Shown here one piece after another: positions 29,171 through 36,311 of a stretch of DNA of 64,000 bases. The notes beneath the pieces were generated by a model. It ran no database searches, was not told where the DNA came from, and saw only the letters and a program-made list of their open reading frames with translations. The position numbers and the translations under genes are program-made. The first letter of the stretch is position 1. Each line of letters starts with the position of its first letter. This DNA is from Acidobacteriota bacterium (lineage in GTDB: Bacteria; Acidobacteriota; Thermoanaerobaculia; Multivoradales; Multivoraceae): positions 72 through 64,071 of the forward strand of contig JBCCLJ010000011.1 in the NCBI GenBank assembly GCA_039026915.1. Direction: 5' to 3'.

Positions 29171-30726
29171 TGCCCCCCTACAAGACTCCCCTCTCGCTGA
29201 TCACTCCCCGCTCGCTGATCTGGGTACTTCTCCTTGCCCTCCTCGCGCCTGCCCTCGCGCTTGCCGGCAACGGCGATGAGTCCGTGCTCCTCCGAATTGC
29301 GGAGTCCGACATCGAGGACGTCGAGAACCTCTACGGCTTCGACTTCGACGACGCGGACGGCTTTCTCGAGGGAGGCCAGTGGGTCTTCGAACTCGAGGTT
29401 TCAGAGGTCTCCGTGAACGTCTTCGAAGCGCTCGAGTTGGATGAGCGAGTCACCGTCGACACCGCTGGCCCTGCGCGCATCCCTACCCTCGACGCCGCGG
29501 GCTTCGCCGGCCGCGATCTCGGTTCACAGGAGTTGGCCACCGGCCGCCTTTCGACAGGTTGTCGTACTGGAGGACTCGTCCCCAACTGGACCGGCTACTC
29601 GCACCAGTTTGCTCTCGGGCAGGTCGGCGTGGCGCCGACGGAGCGCCTCCAGGGAAACTGTGGTCGGAGCGTGGTCGTGGCCGTCATCGACACGGGGATC
29701 GCGTCGACGCTGCCGAGCCTCGACGGCGTGCTGCTCCCGGGGTATGACTTCGTGCTCGACAGGGAAGGGGCGAGCGAGTGGCGAGCCGTGGGGCACAAGA
29801 GGAGAGGCTCTTCCCGCAGCAAGGTGGAGGCCGCTGTGCAGCAGTCGATTACCGCGATCGTCGAAGGACAGGGTGTTCCCGTCGTCGTCGATCAGTCGAT
29901 CACTGCGATCGTGGAACAGTCGATCACCGCCATCGTCGAGGACCTCGAGCTGCCGACCGCTTTCGGGCACGGCACTCTCGTCGCCGGTTTGGTTCACGCG
30001 GTCGCCCCCGAAGCCCGCATCCTCCCGATTCGCGCCTTCGACGGCAAGGGCGAGGGTGACGTCTTCGACATCGTGCGCGCGATCTACTACGCCGTCGACC
30101 GGGGCGCCGACGTCATCAACCTGAGCTTCTCGACGACCTCGAATTCTCCCGAGCTCCTCCGTGCGATCGAGTTCGCGAAGGGCAGGGGTGTGGCCTGCGT
30201 CGCCGCCGTCGGGAACCAGGGACGGAACGTGCTGACCTATCCGGCGGCATTCGACGACGTCGCCGGTGTTGCCGCGATCGAGGACAACGACAGCGCCGCA
30301 CACTTCACCAACGTCGGTGAGGCGGTCGCGATCAGCGCTCCCGGCGAACGTCTCATCTCGCTCTTCCCTGGAGGCCTCTATGCCGCGGTCTGGGGCACTT
30401 CGTTCAGTGCTCCTCTCGTCTCCGGCGCAGTAGCGCTGGTGATCGGTCGGTCCTACGGTGATGCGCAGCCGGGCGAGGCCCTCGGCGTCATCAAGGAGGC
30501 CGCTCGTCCTCATGCAACCGAGCAAGAGCTTGGAGAAGGCGTTCTGGATATCGCGGAAGCACTCGTCCAGATGCTGCGCAGCCGTGACTCCGTCCCGGAC
30601 TCCGATCCCCTTTCCGACCTCTCTGATGGCCCCGACTTCGACCCTGAGGACGAGGATGAAGAGGAGGACGAGGAGGAGGACGAGGACGAGGACTTCGAAG
30701 AGGACGACGAAGAAGACGACGACTGA
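29170..30726 (+). CDS. S8 family (subtilisin-like) serine peptidase, secreted, with internal QSITAIVE repeats and poly-acidic C-terminal tail
   Basis: Signal peptide …LIWVLLLALLAPALALAG. The catalytic triad contexts are VAVIDTGI (Asp), FGHGTLVAGL (His) and WGTSFSAPLVSG (Ser). Confidence 0.9.
   Translation: MPPYKTPLSLITPRSLIWVLLLALLAPALALAGNGDESVLLRIAESDIEDVENLYGFDFDDADGFLEGGQWVFELEVSEVSVNVFEALELDERVTVDTAGPARIPTLDAAGFAGRDLGSQELATGRLSTGCRTGGLVPNWTGYSHQFALGQVGVAPTERLQGNCGRSVVVAVIDTGIASTLPSLDGVLLPGYDFVLDREGASEWRAVGHKRRGSSRSKVEAAVQQSITAIVEGQGVPVVVDQSITAIVEQSITAIVEDLELPTAFGHGTLVAGLVHAVAPEARILPIRAFDGKGEGDVFDIVRAIYYAVDRGADVINLSFSTTSNSPELLRAIEFAKGRGVACVAAVGNQGRNVLTYPAAFDDVAGVAAIEDNDSAAHFTNVGEAVAISAPGERLISLFPGGLYAAVWGTSFSAPLVSGAVALVIGRSYGDAQPGEALGVIKEAARPHATEQELGEGVLDIAEALVQMLRSRDSVPDSDPLSDLSDGPDFDPEDEDEEEDEEEDEDEDFEEDDEEDDD
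29842..29940 (+). repeat. three in-frame copies of a 24-nt unit encoding QSITAIVE inside the S8 peptidase (between catalytic Asp and His)
   Basis: The copies lie at 29842-29865, 29893-29916 and 29917-29940, read directly. The last two are tandem. Confidence 0.8.
30640..30723 (+). repeat. GA-rich low-complexity coding repeat (28-residue Asp/Glu tail of the S8 peptidase)
   Basis: Encodes DPEDEDEEEDEEEDEDEDFEEDDEEDDD. The antisense strand yields the spurious poly-Ser ORF 30510..30797. Confidence 0.8.
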
Positions 30727-30736
30727 TCGTTGAGTA

Positions 30737-30767
30737 CGCCGGTGCTCGCCGGCGCCGGAAGAGTTTT
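30737..30767 (+). terminator. candidate terminator hairpin after the S8 peptidase
   Basis: CGCCGG (30737-30742) / loop TGCTCG / CCGGCG (30749-30754), with a TTTT run at 30764-30767. The gap between stem and T-run is 9 nt, so this is a weak call. Confidence 0.3.
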
Positions 30768-30813
30768 GGCTATTTCATAGTAATAAAGCAATAACACTAT
30801 TTAAGAGAGCATC
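30765..30813 (+). promoter_or_regulatory. AT-rich promoter region upstream of the 30814-38522 operon
   Basis: ttggctatttcatagtaataaagcaataacactatttaagagagcatc is roughly 30% G+C by hand count, in a window that is otherwise strongly GC-rich. It contains TTGGCT and several TA-rich hexamers. The exact -35/-10 could not be assigned. Confidence 0.4.
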
Positions 30814-31977
30814 ATGAACTCCGACCCCTCCGAACTGACCGTAGCGACCGTTCACGACGCGCTTTCGAGCACGAAAGACGCGACCCCTTCGAGTGCCGTC
30901 GTCAGCGTTCGCTTTCCAAGGCAGCGGACAAGCCCGCCCTCGCCGGCGCGTTCGAACGCCTCCAAGGTTGCCTTCACCTGCCGGCACGTCGATCTCTCGA
31001 GTCTTCGCGGTCTGACCACTGCGTGCGTTCCCCGCGCTGGAGATCTCGTCTTGGCAGAGGTGGTGCGCAGACGGCAGCACCCGCGGATCGAGCTGACCGA
31101 CGGTCGAAAGGCGACTCTCTTTCCCGGCGATGAGATCCTCGTCGCCTACGGCAACCGGTACGCCAGCGATCAGTTCGAGTCGCTCGTTCCGGAGGACCTC
31201 GATCCTTGCCATCTCGTCGCTTCGGGAGGCGTTGCGAGCCGGGTTCGTCACCGTCACAACGGCGTGCGTCCCGCGACCAAGATCCGACCGATCGGCCTGG
31301 TCACGGACTCCTCGGGTGTTGTCGTCAACCTTTCCTCGTTCGGGATCGAACTCGAGCCTCCGGTCCGGCGACCGCCCAGCTTTGCCGTCGTCGGGAGCTC
31401 GATGAACGCGGGCAAGACGAGGACAGCGATGCAGCTGATCTGGGCGCTCAAGAAGGCCGGTTTTCGCGTGGGAGCCGCCAAGATCACTGGCACCGGCTCC
31501 GGCGGCGACTACTGGAAGTTCGTCGACTCCGGTGCCGATCGAGTCCTGGACTTCGGCGATGCGGGACACGTCTCGACCTATCTCGTCGAGCTGGACGAGC
31601 TGCTGCGGATCGCTCGAGGACTCGTCGGTGAGCTCGAACGCTCGGGAGCAGAGGTCGTCGTCCTGGAGATCGCCGACGGGGTCTTTCAGGGCGAGACGGC
31701 CGCGCTCCTCGAGTCGCCGGAGATGCGAGCTCTCGTCGATGGCTATTTCCTCGCCGTCACGGACTCGCTCTCGGCGTCGGCGGGAGCTGATTGGATGCGT
31801 CGACGCTCGCTGCCTCTCCTCGCTCTCTGCGGCACGCTGACTCGGGCGCCGCTCGCCATCCGGGAGGCCTCGACAGCGACCGAGGTTCCGATTCTCAGCC
31901 TCTCCGAGCTCAGCTGCCCGAACGTCGCCAGCTCTCTCTTCTCGGTCACGGCCTCCGTCGAGCGCCCCGGTGCCTGA
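30814..31977 (+). CDS. DUF1611-like P-loop domain protein (function unknown)
   Basis: VVGSSMNAGKTRTAMQLIWALKKAGFRVGAAKITGTGSGG aligns by eye with the DUF1611 block GTDCxVGKMTTxxxLxxxLxxxGxxxxFvATGQTG. The N-terminal ~190 aa are unassigned. Confidence 0.55.
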   Translation: MNSDPSELTVATVHDALSSTKDATPSSAVVSVRFPRQRTSPPSPARSNASKVAFTCRHVDLSSLRGLTTACVPRAGDLVLAEVVRRRQHPRIELTDGRKATLFPGDEILVAYGNRYASDQFESLVPEDLDPCHLVASGGVASRVRHRHNGVRPATKIRPIGLVTDSSGVVVNLSSFGIELEPPVRRPPSFAVVGSSMNAGKTRTAMQLIWALKKAGFRVGAAKITGTGSGGDYWKFVDSGADRVLDFGDAGHVSTYLVELDELLRIARGLVGELERSGAEVVVLEIADGVFQGETAALLESPEMRALVDGYFLAVTDSLSASAGADWMRRRSLPLLALCGTLTRAPLAIREASTATEVPILSLSELSCPNVASSLFSVTASVERPGA

Positions 31978-33727
31978 CACGAACTCAACCCGGTCGGATG
32001 GCGCGCCACAGCTTCCCGGCGTGCTCCGAGGCAGCAACGGAGTTCTGCTGCTCGGCGTGGCCGGGGCCGGTCTGGGCCAGGCGGCCCTCAGTGTCGCCGT
32101 ACCTCTCAGCGTTGCCCGTGCCTTCGATCAGCTCGTCGCGAGCGAAGCGCTCACCGGCGACTGGGCGCCAAGGCTGGGCGTGCTGTTTGCCGCTCTGGGG
32201 TGCATCGCGTTCGTGGTTCGCTGGGCCGAGCGTTCGCTCTCGGAGGAGCTCGGCCAGCGCTACGTTCACCGAGTTCGACTGAAGCTCTGGGATCACATGG
32301 TGAAACTGCCGACGTCAACGCTCGTCGGTCCCCGGCGCGCCGGTACGCTGCTTCGGTTCGTGGGCGACCTGAACGCTCTCAAAGCCTGGGTCAGTCGCGG
32401 TTTCGTCGCCAGCTCGATCGCGATGCTCAGCTTGTCTGGCGGTCTGGGTGTCCTGTTTCATCTGAGCCCTCGCCTGGGTGCGCTGGTTGCGATGGCCTTG
32501 TCGCTCGGGCTCGTCGTGCAATCCGCCATCACTCGTCAGCTTTCCAGGCGGGTGAAGCGGTTGCGCAGGGACAGAGCCCGCCTGGCCGATCACATCGTGC
32601 AGCACGCAGGCACACTGGGTGTGATCCAGGCTTCGAATCAGCGACGCCGCGAGCGTCGGCGGATGCGTCGAAGCTCTCAGAGGGTCGCGCGGTCCGCCGA
32701 AGCCGTTGCGAACCGGTCGGGTTGGCTCGTCGGCTCCGGTGAGCTTCTGTCGATCCTCATCTTGGCTCTCGTGCTCGTCGGGGGGGCGGAAGCGCTGCGC
32801 GACGGACGCCTGTCTTCCGGCGAGGTCGTGGCGGCTCTACTGCTGGCCCGCTTCCTGGGGCGCCCCGTGCGGCGACTGAGTCGCGCTCAGGAGCAGTGGC
32901 TCAAGGCGCGGGTCTCGAAGCGCAAGCTGAACCAGTTCTTGTCGCTCGAGACGCTCGAGGAGCCGACTCGTGCGAAGCGACTCAAGTCCGGGACTGGCGC
33001 GGTCAAGCTGCGGGAGCTCGGGCTTCACTCTTCGGGGCCGCTCCTCAACGCCACGGTCCGGCCCGGAGACCGCGTCGAGCTTTGCGGTACCAACGGCATC
33101 GGCAAGTCGACCCTTCTGCGCGTCCTTTCCGGGCTCGGCCGTCCAGCGCGCGGCAGGCTCGTGCTCGACGGCCGCGACGTGGCGAACTGCCGCCTGGAGG
33201 CGATCCGAGGAGCCGTCTCCCTGGTCACTGCCGACCTGCCGCTTCTGCGGGGATCGCTGCGCCGCAATCTTCTCTACGGGCTGCCCTCGGGCGAGGACGC
33301 CGATCTTGACGTGGTGCTGCGTCTGCTCGACCTCGGATCCTGGATCGAAAGCCTGCCGCGCGGACTCGAGACCCGCGTGCAGGAGGGGGGTCTGAACCTC
33401 TCCGCCGGGCAGCGACAGCGCGTCGCGATCGCGCGGGCTCTGCTGTCTCGGCCTCGGCTTCTGCTTCTCGACGAGGCGAACACGACTCTGGACAAGACCG
33501 GTGTCGCCTCCTTGCGGGAGGTCATCGAGGACTTTGAAGGCACCGTCATCTACATCTGGCCAGGGACCGACGCGCCCGAACCGACCGTGCGCTGGAAGCT
33601 CAGTGAGAAGGGACTCCGATCCCGTCGTTTGAGTCCCCCGAAGACGCTCCGCGCGAGTGTCGAAGAGAGCCCACCTTCGTTGGATCACCGCGTCGATCTC
33701 GCCGAACTCAGACTGCAGGAAGCCTAA
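31970..33727 (+). CDS. fused ABC exporter (TMD-NBD half transporter)
   Basis: GTG start overlapping the upstream gene by 8 nt, with six hydrophobic segments. Walker A GTNGIGKST, signature LSAGQRQRV, Walker B LLLLDEA. The Q-loop and H-loop positions appear substituted (see finding). Confidence 0.85.
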   Translation: MPDTNSTRSDGAPQLPGVLRGSNGVLLLGVAGAGLGQAALSVAVPLSVARAFDQLVASEALTGDWAPRLGVLFAALGCIAFVVRWAERSLSEELGQRYVHRVRLKLWDHMVKLPTSTLVGPRRAGTLLRFVGDLNALKAWVSRGFVASSIAMLSLSGGLGVLFHLSPRLGALVAMALSLGLVVQSAITRQLSRRVKRLRRDRARLADHIVQHAGTLGVIQASNQRRRERRRMRRSSQRVARSAEAVANRSGWLVGSGELLSILILALVLVGGAEALRDGRLSSGEVVAALLLARFLGRPVRRLSRAQEQWLKARVSKRKLNQFLSLETLEEPTRAKRLKSGTGAVKLRELGLHSSGPLLNATVRPGDRVELCGTNGIGKSTLLRVLSGLGRPARGRLVLDGRDVANCRLEAIRGAVSLVTADLPLLRGSLRRNLLYGLPSGEDADLDVVLRLLDLGSWIESLPRGLETRVQEGGLNLSAGQRQRVAIARALLSRPRLLLLDEANTTLDKTGVASLREVIEDFEGTVIYIWPGTDAPEPTVRWKLSEKGLRSRRLSPPKTLRASVEESPPSLDHRVDLAELRLQEA

Positions 33728-33730
33728 GCC

Positions 33731-34540
33731 ATGCTCGATACGACACAGTACGTTCAACCCCCGGTCGCCGGTCCGCAAGTGCACCGCATCTCGCAGATCG
33801 GAATGCGATACGCGCTCCATGCGCCGGAAGACTGGCATGGCGGCCCGGTCGTGGTCGCCGTTCATGGGATCTCACGAAACTGGTTGGAGGTGCTGGAGGC
33901 GTTCACTCCGCACTGTGCCCGTGCCGGAGCGGCATTGATCGTGCCCCGGTTCAGCCGCAGAGGCTACCGCGGCTATCAGCGACTGCGCACCGGCAGTCGC
34001 GACGTGGCGGCAGATCGAGCGCTCGACCTCGTCCTCAAAGACGCCGAGATCCGTCTCGGTGAAGCAGTCGAGCGCGTCCACCTCTTCGGTTTTTCCGGCG
34101 GTGCCCAGTTCGTACACCGCTACACCCTCGTCAACCCGGACAAGGTCCTTCGTCAGGTGCTCACTGCGGCCGGCTTCTACACCATGCCCGACCCGCGGAC
34201 ACCTTTCCCCTACGGCCTGGGCGCAACGAAGCAGCGCCCTGCCTTCGACCTCGACGGACTGATGGTGCCGACCAAAGTCTTCGTTGGATCCGACGATACG
34301 GAGCGTGACGAAGATCTCCGGCAGCACGGCGATCTGGACCGCCTCCAGGGCGTGCACCGGGTGGAACGAGCAACCCGCTTCACGCTCGCGGTGCGCGCCG
34401 CGAGCAGCGTTCAGGGAGTGCCGCCGGCATGCAGTCTGGAGGTCCTGCCGTTCTGCGACCACAGCTTCCGGCGGTGCGTCGAAGTCGGAGATCTGGCGCG
34501 TCGTGCTGTCGACTTCCTGCTCTCGGGCAGCTCACGATGA
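33731..34540 (+). CDS. alpha/beta hydrolase (esterase / PHB-depolymerase-like)
   Basis: VVVAVHGISRN… is followed by the nucleophile elbow HLFGFSGGAQFV. Later Asp (VGSDDTERD) and His (FCDHSF) candidates complete a possible triad. It starts 3 nt after the ABC gene. Confidence 0.7.
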   Translation: MLDTTQYVQPPVAGPQVHRISQIGMRYALHAPEDWHGGPVVVAVHGISRNWLEVLEAFTPHCARAGAALIVPRFSRRGYRGYQRLRTGSRDVAADRALDLVLKDAEIRLGEAVERVHLFGFSGGAQFVHRYTLVNPDKVLRQVLTAAGFYTMPDPRTPFPYGLGATKQRPAFDLDGLMVPTKVFVGSDDTERDEDLRQHGDLDRLQGVHRVERATRFTLAVRAASSVQGVPPACSLEVLPFCDHSFRRCVEVGDLARRAVDFLLSGSSR

Positions 34541-36285
34541 TTCTTCGTTGTCTTCTGCTCGCCGTCCTCGTGGTCCGGCCGGCGTCTGCTGCCGAGGAGC
34601 GCGACGCCGATGTTCTGAAGCGACTTCGCGTCGGACACTGGATCGAAGTGCGCGGCGTGCTCGAGTCGGACGTTTTCGAGGCGGACCGTCTGGAGCTGCG
34701 TGCCCCCGATGACCGACCGTCTCTCTGGGGCGTCCTGGAGGAGGAGAACGGCCGACTGGTGCTTCTCGGTCGATCCATCGAGTCGGGACCTTGGACCGTT
34801 TGGCGTGGCGGCGATCCGACTCGGTGGGTCGGATCGCGAGTGAAGATCGTCGGCTCTCGTGCGCCCGATGGGCAGCTCTGGGCTCACGAAGTGCAGGGCA
34901 AGAGGGCTGGCGTCGAGCGCCTGGTCGGGCGCATTGACGAGCTCGAGCGGCTCCGTGACGGTCGTCTGAAGCTCGAGGTGCTCGGCTTCGAGGTTCTCGT
35001 GCCGGAAAGCGTGCGGCAACGCTCTGCCGGAGATCCGCGCCTGCATCGCCGCGTGCCGCCGCAGGCCCTGCGCTCGCCGAGCTCGCAGTTCGTCGACGGC
35101 GACGATCTTTTCGGCGAAGGCTACGTCGTCGGGGATCGCGCGCACATCGGCCTTCAGCAGCAGCTCGCCTTCACCGATCGCTCGAACTTCGAGCTCGATG
35201 AGCGTGACGATACGGACATCGATGACGACGACGATCGCCGCGATTCGTCGCACTCGTTGAGGGCTCGGCTGCTCTGGCGGCCCGGCGCACGCTTCGAAGC
35301 GGTCGTCGACGGCTCGGCGCGAACACGCCATCGGGATCTCGGTGACGGCGGAGAGGTGTCCTCTCGCCTGCGCCTGAACGAGGCCTTTCTCGTTGCGCGT
35401 AACGTCGGTTTCGGTCTCGATCTGCAGGTCGGTCGGCAGGACCACGACGACATCAGGGAGTGGCTCTTCGACCAGAACCTCGACGGCGTCAGGCTGTTCC
35501 GAGACACGCGGCGCCTGCGGCTTCAGCTGTCGGCGAGCACGACCCTGAGCGGCGGATCGGCTCGGGACCGAGACGCCTTCAACACGATCTTCTACGTCTC
35601 CAACCAGGCCCCTCGCCGGCACCTGGCCGCTTACCTCGTCGACCGCCGCTTCGGTGGTGGTCGAGACGAGATCCAGACGCACGTCGGCGCACGGTTCTTC
35701 GGACCGCTGGCCGCCGGCTGGCGCGGTTGGCTCGAGCTGTCCGCTCTCGACGGGCGCCGCGACGGTCGTCCGGTCCGAGCCTTCGGTGGTGATCTGGGGC
35801 TGACGTGGAGCTCGCGATCTCCCCGTCGTTGGACGACCACTTTCGGTTTCGCGCACGGTTCTGGTGACCGCGGCGGCAGCTACGACGGCCGCTTCCGGCA
35901 GACCGGCCTCCAGGACAACAACGGGCGCGTCGGGGGCCTGACCGCCGTGCGCTACTACGGTGAGATCTTCGATCCGGAGCTCACCAACCTCCAGATCGCA
36001 ACGATCGGCTTCGGGATGCGACCCCTGCGCCGAACGTCGGTCGAGATCCTCGCGCATCGCTACTGGCAGGACGTTGCGACGCGCACGCTCGGCAACAGCG
36101 ACCTCGACCGTCGTGCCAACGGGGTCGACCGCGATCTCGGTTGGGAGGTCGATCTCGTGCTCGGCTTGCGTCGCTACCGACGCTGGGACCTGGAGCTGGT
36201 TTTCGGGCGCTTCGAGCCCGGGCCGGCCCTCGAGGGCGGCGACGCCGCCCATCTTGCAAACCTACAGGTGCGGCTTCGCTACTGA
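34537..36285 (+). CDS. outer-membrane protein, alginate-export (AlgE-like) family barrel with N-terminal OB-like extension
   Basis: ATGA overlap with the hydrolase. Signal peptide MILRCLLLAVLVVRPASAAE. Blocks LQVGRQDHDDIREWLFDQNLDGVRLF, FRQTGLQDNN and DLGWEVDLVLGLRRYRRWDLELVFGRFEPG fit my recollection of the Alginate_exp family. C-terminus …LQVRLRY. Confidence 0.6.
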   Translation: MILRCLLLAVLVVRPASAAEERDADVLKRLRVGHWIEVRGVLESDVFEADRLELRAPDDRPSLWGVLEEENGRLVLLGRSIESGPWTVWRGGDPTRWVGSRVKIVGSRAPDGQLWAHEVQGKRAGVERLVGRIDELERLRDGRLKLEVLGFEVLVPESVRQRSAGDPRLHRRVPPQALRSPSSQFVDGDDLFGEGYVVGDRAHIGLQQQLAFTDRSNFELDERDDTDIDDDDDRRDSSHSLRARLLWRPGARFEAVVDGSARTRHRDLGDGGEVSSRLRLNEAFLVARNVGFGLDLQVGRQDHDDIREWLFDQNLDGVRLFRDTRRLRLQLSASTTLSGGSARDRDAFNTIFYVSNQAPRRHLAAYLVDRRFGGGRDEIQTHVGARFFGPLAAGWRGWLELSALDGRRDGRPVRAFGGDLGLTWSSRSPRRWTTTFGFAHGSGDRGGSYDGRFRQTGLQDNNGRVGGLTAVRYYGEIFDPELTNLQIATIGFGMRPLRRTSVEILAHRYWQDVATRTLGNSDLDRRANGVDRDLGWEVDLVLGLRRYRRWDLELVFGRFEPGPALEGGDAAHLANLQVRLRY

Positions 36286-36311
36286 GCGATCGACGCTCTC
36301 GAGAGACATTC

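Noticed and set aside
30510-30797. 95-aa minus-strand ORF encoding a long poly-Ser run
   Set aside because: It is the reverse complement of the GA-rich Asp/Glu tail of the S8 peptidase and extends into the AT-rich promoter patch. It is an artefact of the low-complexity repeat.
34411-36252. 613-aa minus-strand ORF opposite the alginate-export-like gene
   Set aside because: Shadow ORF. The plus-strand frame has a signal peptide, barrel-family blocks and ATGA coupling to the upstream gene.
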